A stretch of 64,000 bases of DNA from the human T2T-CHM13v2.0 reference genome, Homo sapiens. The notes beneath the pieces are model-generated. The model made no database searches, was not told the origin of the DNA, and saw only the letters and a list, made by a program, of their open reading frames with translations. How positions within the stretch are numbered: the stretch's first letter is position 1; every line of letters begins with the position of its first letter. This document shows positions 8,421 through 22,590 of the stretch, piece after piece. The stretch lies in assembly GCF_009914755.1 (NCBI RefSeq), contig NC_060927.1; one strand, written 5' to 3'. Made by a program: the position numbers and the translations under genes.

Positions 8421-11400
8421 TCCGTGATTATCTCAAATACCACCACCCATCCTCTGCCTTTCCCTAATCTCATTCCCCTACCCCAGTTTTGCAAGAAGGA
8501 CTAAAGCCTCTGAAACTCAAACAATGTATCCAAATTCATACAGCTCAAAAAAAAATATAGAACTCAGCCTTTCTGATTCCTAACATAGTGCCGTAACTTA
8601 GTATACAACTAAAGGCAACATTTCCCACCAACTCTGTTCCATACAATAACACTTTCTCTCCCTTAGATGTTATAATTTTTTAACTATTTACCTAAACCTA
8701 AAGAAAAATTTTAGGATTTAAAACGCGTAAGGATTGGTTAATTTTAATATAGCCTGGGGTCATCTGAGTCACATTAAACCGTGGCCAAAGAAGGACTTCT
8801 ACTGAGGTGGAATGTTTACAGGTGTCAGAAATCAGGAGCTATAATATTCCCTGTTGAAGCAAAACAAATTTTTAGCCTTAAAATATTCCCATTTGCAACT
8901 GAAAAGAAAATAAACTATTCTGTCTAAAGAAATTGCTTTTGCCATCAGGATGCAAAGGGCCAAGTAAATTTGTTACCCAATAAATCTTTTGGGGCATTAT
9001 ATAGACATAGTCTTATATTTTGTAAAGCCTAAGCTATAAAAGCAAATAACAAAAAAGAAGAAGCTATAAATTCCAAATCTAGATGACACCTTTGTATGTA
9101 AGACTCAGGAGAGCAAAACACACTATTAAGAACAAGGAATTATAAGACCAAAATAGAGTTAGAAATGCTTCTGGTTTCTCCCCTCTTGTTCTTTCTGTTT
9201 ATCATGTACTTTTAGCAGTAAGTAGAGTACTACAGCAGGACCTGACATCCTGCATTGAGCAATATGGATTGGAAGCTCCATTTCTTCTCCCTCATCCTGT
9301 GTTGATTCCAGCCCAAGATGTTTAAGAACAAACCAAACTTACAAGACAAGTTTTTGGCTGTTGACCATGTCCCAAAGACTACAAAGGGGGATTTGAACTC
9401 AGAATAGATGGCAAAATTGATCGTGCAGAAACTTGGAATCATGGTGCCTGAGCACCCTGCACTGCAGGCTCAAAAGGAAGAGTAACAAGTTTCAAAAGAT
9501 TTTCCTTACACCATAAAGAGGTTTCATACTTTTTCAGCTTTATCTCACACTATACTTTCACAGGTACCTCATCCCCTAGTAGCCAAACTATCCCTCAGTC
9601 AATTGATTAATCCCTCAATCAATCTTGAGCTTTTTAAAAATTTTGCTCAAGCCACTCACCTGTGTCACCATTTGTTTTCTTCACTCTATGTCCATGTATC
9701 AGAATCCTTCCTACCTTACATTCCAGGAGCACTTTAAATACATTCATGAAGCAAGAGTTTGTTTATTGTATTCACCATCATGTCCTTGGGCATAAGCATA
9801 GTTCCTGGTACTTAACAGGTATTTCTAAACATATCTGTTGAATAAAGAAATGTCTTTCATTTGCCCTTGTGGACATGAACCACCTGTCATGCTTTGTACA
9901 ACTCATGTGATGAGTCCTTGACTATAGTTGTATGTATGGGTAATATCTTTGCTATTCAACTGCAAGTTCACTGAGGGCAATGACCAGGCCACTGAACATA
10001 GCCACTGCATCCTTATGTATTGTTTTAAGCATGCAGTCACAATAAAATAAATAAATTACTACATGAAGAATGAACTCAACCTGAGGTTTTGAGAGGACCA
10101 TCTTAACTATCTGAACCAGAAATAAGTGCTATGTGAAACTGAGCAAATTCAAGAGCAAATAAAAAGTAGAATTCCTATATCTAGCCACCTGAGAGTAAGT
10201 CAATATTTAAAAGTCTATTAAAGAGGATCATTATTTTTCTAAAAATATATACATACCATCAACACTTTATTTTAATTTAAAGCTTACAAATGTACATGTA
10301 TGTACCACCATTTTGATGTAAGCTCAAGGTGTTTTCTTTGAATAGGCCCATTATTTAAACAAACAGTCAAAAATATTTAAGATACCTGTGAAAAATCTGA
10401 GCATGGGATTTCTTTCAGATTTTACAACTTACACTAAATCTTTTACAGTTGTCTCACCGCCGACCGAATTTAACAGCATATTTTACAGCTCACCATTAAC
10501 ACATATTTTCAAAGCATTCAACATAGTTTTTATTAAAATCTTTTTCTTTTGTTCTCATTATTTGTTTGTTTTGAATAGTAATTAGTTAAAATATATAATT
10601 ACAATAGAATGTAAAGCTGACATAAGTATGTTTGGAAAAATACTAGACACCTAATAAATATATAATTTAGCTGATGGGAGAAGAACATTGAATGTCGAGG
10701 AGGTCTACTGATCAGTGGGCCTCAGTAAGACTAGATGGAACAGAGTGATGGTTGATTGGTCAACTGGTTAAGAGATCTCCTGTAATACAAATACATCAAG
10801 AGATAATTGCCATTGTATATCTTTAATCTCAAAATGCTTAAAGAACATTGATATCTCAGAACAAATAATGTTTATAACAACATAAAAGGAATCCATGTAC
10901 AAGCCTCAGATGTATTCCCAAAAATATATTTTATTTGTACATGTATTCTCAAACATGTATTTTGTTAATAATGAGGTACCTGTATTTACCCATTTAAAAA
11001 ACATACCTAAGCTTACTATTATCATATACATAATTCTTGTTATTTCTATCACATACATGTTTATTATAGTTTTATTATTTTAGGAATGAAAGAGATCTAT
11101 GGATAATTCAAGATAAAAGTAGTCATTGATCATGCATCATAGACAGAGAGAGAGAAAAAATTATGATACACGCAAGAGAAATAAAGATAGGTGACATAGG
11201 GGTTTATGATTTAGTGGAAGGAACAAAATACAGTAAATAAAAAAGAATAATATAAGAAGAAGAGAGAACTATCATTATACTTGTTTAGACTAAACAATAC
11301 ATACACAAAGAAAATGCCAGCCCATTCCAGTATTCCTTAGCCAGGTGTTCTGGTCGGGCCACCATAGCTCTGCACATAACACATCCACCACCCCAGGCAT

Positions 11401-11491
11401 TGTCTATAATAAGGATTCCCATTCTTGTTTTTTTGGCAAGGACTCTCCCATACATATTACTGATAGACAGCCAAGATTTCTCTGGGCACTT

Positions 11492-13944
11492 TTTTCTTTT
11501 TTAATCATACTTTAAGTTCTGGGATACATATACAGAGCGTGTAGGTTTGTTACATAGGTATACGCGTGCCATGGTGGTTTGCTGTGCCCATCAAGTCATC
11601 ATCTACATTAGTTTGTATTTCTCCTAATATTATCTCTCCTCTAGCCCCCCACCCCACAAGGCCCCGGTGTGTGATGTTCCCCTCCCTGTGTCCACGTGTT
11701 CTCATTGTTCAACTCCCACTTATGAGTGAGAACATGCGGTGTTTGGTTTTCTGTTCCTGTGTTAGTTTGCTGAGAATGATGGTTTCCAGCTTCATCCATG
11801 TCCCTGAAAAGGAGATGAACTCATCCTTTTTTATGGTTGCATAGTATTCCATGGTGTATATGTGCCACATTTTCTTTATCCAGTCTATCATTGATGGGCA
11901 TTTGGGTTGGTTCCAAGTCTTTGCTATTGTGAATAGTGCTGCAGTAAACATATGTGTGCATGTGTCTTTATAGTAGAATGATTTATAATCCTTTGGGTAT
12001 ATACCCAGTAATGGGATTGCTGAGTCAAATGTTATTTCTGATTCTAGATCCTTGAGGAATTGCCACACTGTCTTCCACAATGGTTGAACTAATTTACACT
12101 CCCACCAACAGTGTAAAAGCATTCCTATTTGTCCACATCTTCTCCAGCATCTGTTGTTTCCTGACCTTTTAATGATCACCATTCTAACTGGCCTGAGATG
12201 GTATCTCATTGTGGTTTTGATTTGCGATTCTCTAATGAGCAGTGATTATGACCTTTTTTTCATATGTTTGTTGACCACATAAATGTCTTCTTTTGAGAAG
12301 TGTCTGTTCATATCCTTCGCCCACTTTTTGATGGGGTTGTTTTTTTCTTGTAAATTTGTATAGGTTCCTTGTAAATTCTGGATATTAGCCCTTTGTCAGA
12401 TGAATAGATTGAAAAAATTTTCTCCCATTCTGTAGGTTGCTGGTTCACTCTGATGATAGTTTCTTTTGCTGTGCAGAAGCTCTTTAGTTTAATTAGATCC
12501 CATCTGTCAATTTTGGCTTTTGTTTCCATTGCTTTTTGTGTTTTAGTCATGAAGGCATTGCCCATGCCTATGTCCTGAATGGTATTGCCTATGTTTTCTT
12601 GTAGGGTTTTTATATTTTTAGGTCTTACATTTAAGTTTTTAATCCATCTTGAGTTAATTTTTGTATAAGGTGTAAGGAAGAGGTACAGTTTCAGTTTTCT
12701 GCATATGGCCGGCCAGTTTTCCCAACACCATTTATTAAATAGGGAATCATTTCCCCTATTGCTTATTTTTGTCATGTTTGTCAAAGATCAGATGGTTGCA
12801 GATGTGTGGTGTTATTTCTGAGGACTCTGTTCTGTTCCATTAGTCTATATAACCGTTTTGGTACCAGTACCATGCTGTTTTGGTTATTGTAGCCATGTAG
12901 TATAGTTTGAAGTCAGGTAACATGATCCCTCCAGCTTTGTTCTTTTTGCTTAGGATTGTCTTGGTTATACAGGCTCTTATTTTGGTTCCATATGAAATTT
13001 AAAGTAGTTTTTTTTTCTAATTCTGTGAAGAAAGTCAATGGTAGCTTGATGGGGATAGCATTGAATCTATAAATTACTTTGGGCAGTATGGCCATTTTCA
13101 CCATATTGATTCTTCCTATCCATGAGCATGGAATGTTTTTCCATTGGTTTGTGTCCTCTCTTATTTCCTTGAGCAGTGGTTTGTAGTTCTCCTTGAAGAG
13201 GTCATTCACATCTTTTGTAGGTTGTTTTCCTAGTTATGTTATTCTCTTTGTAGCAACTGTGAATGAGAGTTCACTCATGATTTGGCTCTCTGTTTGTCTA
13301 TTATTGCTGTATAGGAATGCTTGTGATTTTTGCATGTTGAGTTTGTATCCTGAGACTTTGCTGAAGTTGCTTATCAGCTTAAGGAGATTTGGTGCTGCAA
13401 CATGGGGTTTTCTAAATTTACAATCATGTCATCTGCAAACAGAGACAATTTGACTTCCTCTCTTCCTATTTAAATACCCTTTATTTCTTTCTCTTGGCCG
13501 AGTTCCCTGGCCAGAACTTCCAATATTATGTTGAATAGGAGTGGTGACAGAGGGCATCCTTGTCTTGTGCCAGTTTTCAAAGGGAATGCTTCCATCTTTT
13601 GCCTATTGAAAATGATACTGGTTGTGGGTTTGTCATAAATACCTATTATTGTTTTGAGATACATTCCATCAATACCTAGTTTATTGAGAGATTTTAGCAT
13701 GAATTTTGAACTTTATTGAAGGCTTTTTCTCCATCTATTGAGATAAATGTGGTTTTTGTCATTGGTTCTGTTTATGTGATGGATTACATTTATTGATTTG
13801 CCTATGTTGAACCAGCCTTGCATCTCAGGGATGAAGCCGACTTGACTGTGGTGGATAAGCTTTTTAATGTGCAGATGCATTCGGTTTGCCAGTATTTTGA
13901 TTTTCACATCAACGCTCATAGGGGATATTGGCCTGAAATTTTCT

Positions 13945-13975
<31 letters not shown>

Positions 13976-14676
13976 GTCTCTGCCAGGTTTTGGTATTAGG
14001 ATTATTCTGGCCTCATAAAATTAGTTAGGAAGGAGTCCCTCATTTTCTATTGTTTGAAATCATTTCAGAAGGAACGGTACCAGCTCCTCTTTGTACCTGT
14101 GGTAGAATTCGGCTGTAAATCTGTCTGGTCCTGGGCTTGTTTGGCTGGTAGGCTATTAATTACTGCCAACATTTCAGAACTTGTTATTGGTCAATTCAGG
14201 GATTCGACTTCTTCCTGCTTTAGCCTCGGGAGGGTGTATGTGTCGGGAATTTATCCATCTCTTCTAGACTTTTTAGTTGATTTGCGTAGAGGTGTTTATA
14301 GTATTCTCTGATGGTAGTTTGTATTTCTGTGGGATCAGTGGTGAGATCCCCTTTATCATTTTTTATTGTGTCTATTTGATTCTTTTCTCTTTTCTTCTTT
14401 ATTAGTCTGGCTAGCAGTCTATCTATTTTGTTAATCTTTTCAAAAAGCCAGCTCATGGATTCATTGATTTTTTGAAGGGTTTTTCATGTCTCTATCTCTT
14501 TTAGTTCTGCTCTCATCTTAGTTCTTTATTGTCTTCTGTTAGCTTTCGAATTTGTTTCCTCTTGCTTCTCTAGTTCTTTTAATTGTGATGTTAGGGGGTC
14601 GATTTTAGATCACTCCCACTTTCTCCTGTGGGCATTTTGTGCTATAAATTTCCTGCTAAACACTGCATTAGCTCTG
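11492..14676 (-). mobile_element. 5'-truncated LINE-1 (about L1PA7/8), ~3.2 kb, ORF2 disrupted
   Basis: Poly-T plus L1PA 3' UTR at left. ORF2 fragments appear in the ORF track (11709-12209, 12308-12784, 12913-13209, 13470-13700, 14220-14456). TSD ttctctgggca(c/a)ttt at 11478-11492 and 14677-14691. Confidence 0.97.
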
Positions 14677-17600
14677 TTCTCTGGGCAATTTCAGAGCAGA
14701 ACAGGCACAGGAACCGGTGTCTGTAATTATGCTGAATGTATCAAGTGCACCATTGTTATCCATGACTTGCTGGTAGGATGAGTATGTCACACATTCATGG
14801 GTCTTTCCATGTATGTAACTAAACCTTTTTATGCCATGTGTATGTGTATACATCTGTGTGTTTGGGGTTATAGTGAAGTGTGATAATTGCATTTTTCTTT
14901 GAGAAATCATCATTTATCAATCTGGAACTACTTTCAAGGTCAAGAACTACTGAATGTCCAGATAAGAGATTTTTCATGGATGGGCACCATAGTCTATCAA
15001 GAGGCTGTTGAATGTTTATACCTGGCCAGGCTCAGGTAGAGAGAGAAAATTGGATTCAGATTCCTTATTCACCTGTTACTTGGCGATCAGCAGATCCCAT
15101 CCAATTCTGTTTTCTGATCTTTGTGTAGAGATCTCTTCCAAATTTTTGGTTTAGAACCACCATGATTTTCCTGACCCATTTCACCAGATTCTTTCAATCT
15201 CTTCTGCCCCACCCTCATGCTCTTCACTATTCTCTTGTTAAATAGCTCCCTCTGGCTCTTGCTCCCTCTCTTTGCTGATTCTTGTGTGTATAGGAGTGTG
15301 GTCTCTGATAATTTGAAGCCAATTTCATTTTAAATACATATGTGATACAGAATGATTTAATTCTTCATTTGCTCACTTTTGGTAGGGTGGGGTAAATTAT
15401 TATTTATCTATTGTAAATGTTTTATTCCTCATACATGTACATATTTCTTTCCAGTTTACTTTTTCTTTCCATTAAAGAATGCCAAAAACATGACGTATTA
15501 GAACATACTGACATATAACAGCTTACAGGGAAAGAAGATGCCACATGACAGAGTTGTTATCCTGCCCCAGACTTTTTTCTCGTCACTGTAGATCAATCAT
15601 TCAAAGCCAAGCTTACATCCATAAATTATTTTTCATACTTCTAACTACACTTATAATGAGTCTTTCTTCTTGCCAATTCATATTATCTACATCATTCATT
15701 GTCTGATAATCATTTATTGCATCTCAGTATCCTTTTTGTTATAGTAATATATTATTTTCATTAAAAATTTTTATTACTTGAGTAGGACATCTCAAGTTAT
15801 ATATCTAATATCATTGTAGCTATACTTGACAGAAACACAAACAAGTTATACTTTGCCCCCCATGTCCTTTTTCTGTTATTTTTCATGTGGATAAAATACT
15901 TTTATCCCCATCTGGACTAAAAGCTCCATGATGAACACAAATTAAGCACTATATATAATACTGCTATAGTGATTTGGCATAATGTTATTCCTGAACTAGT
16001 TCTTACTTCAATAAAATTCTTATGAAATAAAGAAATCATGGAAGGGAGACCTGGGTACTTGAAAGGACAAATAATACAAATAGGAATCACAAAGTTTTGT
16101 AGCCTGGTCTACAGAATGGAGCTAACTATACACCCAAATGCCAACTTCACAGAGTGGGGTAAGAGTCAAGTGAGTTATTTAACGATAAATATTCTAATGG
16201 CTTCAGAATTTCCTTTTATTATCACTCACTTCCATAGCTCAAAGAATTTCTCTACCAATCAAGTTATACATATATATGTACATATATATAAATTAATATC
16301 TAACTGTTGTTCTTACTTTTATTAATCAGATAAATATGTTATGCTTTATAATAATCAAGAAATATAATATTATCCTTATTAGATTGTTTTAAAATGTTGT
16401 AAACAATAACAATTACTAAAGCCATGAACTCCCAGTGGGTCTAGGACCTCAAATTGGGAATATGTGTTTTATTAACATTTAAAGTTATTATTATTTCATT
16501 GTTTCTTATTTTTAACAATATTAATAGTAATAAGTCAAATTACCAGTTCAAGAAGCCAATTTTAGTCACTCTATCGGTTCTCATTGGTTTTAAATTTTTT
16601 TTCTAGGAAGATCAATTTTTTAAAGAGCTAAATAAATGACTAAGAGGCAAGAAAATACCATAAAGTCTAATCCTATTTCATTTACTTGTAATGTGTTGTT
16701 ACAAGTTAAGGTCTTCTCTCTTAACAGTCTTCATTCAAAATTGCAAACCAATTGTGAGGCTGTCTTCATTGAACTGCTATTGGACCAATACACAGAGAAG
16801 CATATAAGACAGTGAAAATTTAAAAACTATTTCCTAAACATTACAGGTTACCTTCAATTTTAAACTAGATCCATTTTTGTATTTCTTAGAAAATCACCAG
16901 CAAATATTTGCCAACTAAGGTTTAGAGAGCTGTAACCTCCCCTTTATAAATTTTACTTCAGATTCAGGAAACCTCATGTTTTGTCTTTTTGATAAAAATC
17001 ATTTCTAGGGACATACACGATCAGAGTGAATTCAAATAAAATGCCAAAAAAACTTCTGAATTGAGGAGAAATCGAAGAGGACTACATGTCTAATTGAGGA
17101 AAAGTTTTAAACTGGAAAATGTTTACTTTGTAAGAGAACCTGTTGCTTTTTGCTGGGTTAAAGCTTCCTTTTAATAATCCATGCACACAGCATGAGCAAA
17201 CTTGGCGTAAAAGTTTAAGATAATTATGATTTCACGGCTGTCCACTTCTACACTAATAACATTCAGTCAGGGCCTTCTGAAGGGATCCTGGTTAAAGAAA
17301 AGCAGTTGGTCATAATAAAGAGTAAACATTAATTAAGTGACTCTCCCACAAAGTGTAAAAACTAGTAGCATTAGTTATCCAAATTTTGTCATCTGATCTA
17401 CCCCAACAGTTTCAGAAGACAGTGGAGAAAAAATATTAATGTAAGGCCTAGGCAAGGAGTTATAATACACAAACACAGAGCAGACAAGTAATTGACTTGA
17501 AAGTAGCTTATCTAAATTAGCATTTTTAAACACTTTCATATATCAGACATAAATGGTCAGTCTTGCTCTCAAGGAGATTATAGCAGCATTAGACGAGAGG

Positions 17601-20158
17601 AAGTGAGATGTAGACTGTCTTCAAATGTTCGTTAATGCCACATCTCTTTTTGCTTCATTCATTCTCTAGTGTTTATTTATATCTGTGGCAAGGATAAAAG
17701 TCAAGAAGATATTTGTATGATTGTGTAAGAACCAGCTATTTAAACACATCTCACTCCCACTTAATCAAAAATGCCTGAGTAGAGTTGGAATTCAAGGATA
17801 GTTTTGAAGGAGAGAAGAAAGATGATTTGATTGAATCATTCCAATAGTTGAAGTAGACTACTTAGCCATCTTATCTGAAGGTATCAAGCTTAAGTTGGCA
17901 TGAGTGGCTACAATTGTGGCTATTAGTGCAGTGGAGAGTCATGCTACTATGGAAACGATATCCTTGAGCTTACATTTCTCCTTGTAGAGGTCTTGGCACA
18001 CAGAGTGATTGCCTAAAGCCAGAAAATAAGGCAAGGAATTACAGAAGGCTGTCCAATAACATTTAATCGCTTCAAAAGGAAGTCACTAATTGCGAGGGCA
18101 GATTTTTGGCATATACTCTGATGTAAAAAGGAAGTCATTGTACACGTAAATGCATCCAAGTAAGGATTTAGTACTCTGCTATTGCAGAAAGGAGTTTTGT
18201 AAAATATGTATTCCAGTCACTTGCCTTCTTCCCAGAAATAAACTCTGAGCAGATCAAAAAGAAAGCTAATCTATTATCAGATTTTTTTTTAAATTCATCT
18301 AGGACCAACTATATAAAAAATTACAGAATGTGTTTCTTCACATTGGAGGCAAGAAAATTCAACATGAACATGATTAAGCTCAAGGCTAAGTCTGAAAGAG
18401 ATACAGAACCTTCACAGTAGGCTCCCTGACCTCTAAATGTAAAAGTTGGATGGTTACAGAAAATATTTCAGCTATTCTTCACTACGGTAGAGACAGACAG
18501 AAAGAGAGACAGAGAAAATATCAGTACAATTTTTCTTATAGTAATTTTAGTTAAAAATATTTTTAAAGAATTATAAGTTGAATAAAAATAAAACTGGAAA
18601 ATATTGAGTAATAATGAGCAAGATTCTTCCAAAGACCTGCCTCTCAAATACAACACTCAGGCCATTTTTGTATTTTTGTCTCTCTCTCTTTTAACGCTTT
18701 GAATATATTTAAGCAGCATCAGTTTGTATGTCTGAGGATTTTACACACCTTTAATTCAATCTTGAAGAGAATATGTACTCAGAAGGGAACACTGAGTCCA
18801 GATGCAGGACATTTAAATTATCCTCACCCTTACAAACCATATCTTACCAGATTCTGTTTATAGCACCAGAAACTATCACAACCAGAAGGGATCCCAAAGA
18901 TTATCATTTCCAATTGCCTCATTTTGTAAATGAGGAAACTGATCACCAAAGACGTATAGTAACTGATAGAAGTCATACAACTATTGAGTGGTTAACTTAG
19001 ACTCAGTGCCATTTTCAAAGCAATAGAGCACCACACACTTTTTTTTTTTAATGTTAAAACAAGCTTCAAACTATTTGTAACTAATATGAACTATATTGCA
19101 TCAGGTTGTTTTTCTCCCCAGCATTTCTACAAATCTCTGTTTCCCTTCCTATAAGATAGAGATTATAATATGCACTGTGTTCATTGCTACCCTGACCAGA
19201 CAGGAATTTCCAACTGTTCTGCTGTTGCATCTTGATCAGCAAACGTTGCTCTTCCTCATACTTCTCCCTCCAGACAAGATGCCCAAGTCTAGGTTGGAGG
19301 GGAGAATTACATGTGTTCAGGAGTGTTGAATGGCAGGCCTACATATGGGACAGGTGCACTAACAGAAGGAGAAGGGAGCCCACACTGGAAGTCATCCCAA
19401 ACTTAAGAGCACCTACCACTCCACTTCTTAGACCAACATGGGAAATTTTCCATTACCTCCTACAGCAATGCACCCAGTGTTGAGTTTCTGCATTCATCCC
19501 TTTAGTCTTTTTTTTTTTTTTTTCATGTAATTTGCAACTCCTTTCTCCTCCTCCCCTTACCCAAACTCTGTCTTACCTGGTTTCTTGGAAAGGAAAGCCC
19601 CAATTGGAAACCTCTAAACCCTTCTTCTTGTAGCCCTTTGTTTCATCTTTGGTGTAGGACGAGAGAGAGAAGATGGCATGATGTTGTTAGAGTAAAAGAG
19701 GAGGGAGGAAAAATACAGGGAAAATCAGGTAGTTGAAATGTAAGCCTACCAGAAGATTCTATTCAACCCTATGACAGAAGGCAAGAGTGGGAAAGGATTT
19801 TCTGGAGCATTCGGGCCAATTACTTTTACAGATGAGGAAACTGAGGCTTAGAAATGTCAAGTTATTTGTATTTGTGCATGATCATCAAGGAAGGAAGTTC
19901 TGGATTCAAGAAAAGTATCCAGATTGCCAGGGCATTTGACACTATGTCTCACTTAATCTAATATTAAGGCTCTGAGTACCTCAGTGACACTCAGGTGTGA
20001 ATACTTGCTTATGAAATAATGTGATCTGAAATGCTAATTACATGTATATAAGTTCTCAGAGTTCTGAAATGGTCAGAGCCATGTGAGGACCGAACCAACA
20101 CAATTTCCTACAGAATATGTGGCTTTTCTTTACAATGTTTGGCCAAAGACTTGCATTT

Positions 20159-20161
20159 ATT

Positions 20162-20192
<31 letters not shown>

Positions 20193-20475
20193 CAGACGAA
20201 GTTTTGCTCTTGTTGCCCCGGCTGGAGTGCAATGGCGTGATCTCAGCTCACCGCAACTTCTGCCTGTCGGGTTCAAGCGATTCTCCTGCCTCAGCCTCCT
20301 GTAGCTGGGATTACAGGCGCCTGTCACCATGCCTGGGTAATTTTTTTGTATTTTTAGTAGAGACGGGGTTTCTCCATGTTGGTCAGGCTGGTCTCGAACT
20401 CCTGACCTTAGGTAATCTGCCCACCACAGACACCCAAAGTGCTGGGATTACAGGCGAGAGCCAACGTGACCGGCC
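20159..20475 (-). mobile_element. AluS (Sp/Sq-like)
   Basis: Full dimer with T-tail; diagnostic 'gctcttgttgccc...gcaatggc'. TSD agac(t/a)tgcattt at 20147-20158 and 20477-20488. Confidence 0.96.
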
Positions 20476-21024
20476 TAGACATGCATTTCTTAATCTTTCA
20501 GCATATCCATCTGTATATCTGCCTGCTTTCGGAAAACATGTCCTATATAACGTAATAGTACACATGAGTTTCCTGAACACCAGTGTCTCCTGGGGAACTA
20601 CAATGCAAATACCAAGAATCACCTGTGAAAGTATGGGCCACAGTCCAACAAAAGAACATGTCCAAAATGGAGAAAGGAATAGAGAGATTTCAGAGATAAG
20701 TACAGGAAGTATGCAAAATTGGTCTTACATTTACCCTTCTCAGCAATACCTATTGACCTCCCATGTTGATTTTTTCTTATTACAGTAAAATTATGCATAT
20801 AACTACATGATCATTATAGTTCAGTTAAGATAAATTTGACCATACCACTTCCCTCATTCTCATAAGATCATTTTGTAATTGTCAGTTGCTCTGAGATATA
20901 TTAAAGACCTGTTTATGGTGTGCCATATACCGAACTCCAGTAGACTCCCTCACTCAGAAGAGGATGTTATTTTTCACAGCCACAGTTTAGAATGTACTTT
21001 TGAAAAGTCATTTCCAAGGTCTCT

Positions 21025-21600
21025 TGGTCACAACCTCTCCTTTGTGGATTATTGCAATAGCTTCCTGAACGCTTTTTTCTACTACTGCCCCCAGCAGCTA
21101 TTTTTTGCACAGTAGCCAGAGTGATCCTTTTAAAACATTAATCTGATCATGTTACACCCTTGCTGAAAGCACTGTAATGACTTTCCATCATTTTAGTATA
21201 AGATCAAAGTCCTCCACCTGATCTGGTTCTCTCTCAGCTCTCTGACCTTCTTTCTTCACACTCATCCTGTTGCTCTGAGCATGTGCTTGCCTCGGGGTCT
21301 TTTCTGATAGGGCTCCTCTGTAGGAAATGTTCTTCCCTAGAGAACCACATGGCTTGCTCCTTCAACTCTTTGTAGTCTGTACTCACCTATTACTAAATCA
21401 GAGAAATCTGCTCTCAATACCTTATCTGAAATAGCAACACAACACTCTACTCTCACTCTTCATTATTTTCTCTGCTTTTTTTTTTTCTAAGCCAACCTCT
21501 TTCTAATGTTATATTATGTATCTGTTTACTTCGTTACTCTCTAAAACTTCCTGCTCCATAAGGGCATGTACTTTTTCTGTTGGCCCACGGATATTAGTAA
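21025..21600 (+). mobile_element. LINE-2 3' region
   Basis: 'ggattattgcaatagcttcct...cacagtagccagagtgatccttttaaaac...tctgatcatgttac' is typical of the L2a 3' end. Confidence 0.75.
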
Positions 21601-22279
21601 AATGGCTAGATAAAGTATATTGTTTCTTCTGAAGCAGCATAGACCATTTTATGAACATGTGCATTGGTTATTTCTTACTTACTTTGAACTAGTGTATTTG
21701 TGATGGGTTTTAACCAAAGTAGTTTGGAATTTCTAATAATGTGGCAAAGTTTAATTTATTTTATATACGTAAGTAGATTTTTTTAAAAAACACTTTGGTA
21801 GTTGCACCTTCTTTATGTCCCTATATGTTTTACTGAATAGGATTTTAAAAAAAGGCAAAGTTAAGGGAGGCACACTCAAAATACAATTTAATTTACTACT
21901 CATATTTACCGAAGTGTACTCCTTGGAAGCGTCATATAACCATCCATCAAGTGCGTCCTGATTGCAAAAATAAAAACAAAAAATTGGGAATCCCATTTTT
22001 TAAACTGGTGATTCCTTGACTTCATGCTTGGTATGAATATTGATATAAGGACTCTTTAAATCCACAGCCCATTCAAAATTCCTGGCTCGTAAATACAGAA
22101 AAGACTGCACTTAACATTTCTAAAAGTCAAACTTCCTTTAAGTAACATAGTCTATGAAAATCACTGAATATTATTCTTAACACATAGTAGGTATACAGAA
22201 ATGTTATTCCTCCTTCCTCCACCCTTACTATGATTTTCTCTCAGCAGTGATAGAAATAAAAGAAATGTTAGCAAGTTAT

Positions 22280-22590
22280 GGCTGGACATGCTGGCTCATG
22301 CCTGTAATCCTAGTACTTTGGGAGGCTGAGGCGGGAGGATCACTTGAGATCAGGAGTTTTAGACAAGCCTGGGCAAGGAAGACCCTATCTCTATAAAAAA
22401 ATTAAAATAAAATAAAAAAAAGCTAGGCATGATGGCATGTAGCTATAGTCCTAACTACTCAGGAGACTGAGGCAGGAGGATCGCTTGAGCGTAGGAGTGC
22501 AAGGTTGCAGTGAGCAATGATCACACTACTGTACCACAACTTGGGCAACAGAGTAAGACCCTGTCTCTCAAACAACCAAACAAAAACAAC
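22280..22590 (+). mobile_element. AluJ
   Basis: 'gggaggatcacttgag...ggaggatcgcttgagc' J-type diagnostics. TSD agaaatgt(t/c)ag(c/t)aagtta at 22261-22278 and 22591-22608. Confidence 0.95.

Noticed and set aside
11709-14456. L1 ORF2 reverse transcriptase-region ORFs as an active gene or novel RT system
   Set aside because: Frameshifted fragments of a 5'-truncated L1PA; the same applies to 54650-56086 and the older L1s.
16270-16289. 20-bp palindrome atatatatgtacatatatat
   Set aside because: Trivial consequence of an (AT)n microsatellite.
20117-20788. 223-aa ORF, the longest in the window
   Set aside because: Mostly antisense Alu translation running into unique DNA; no splice or domain support.
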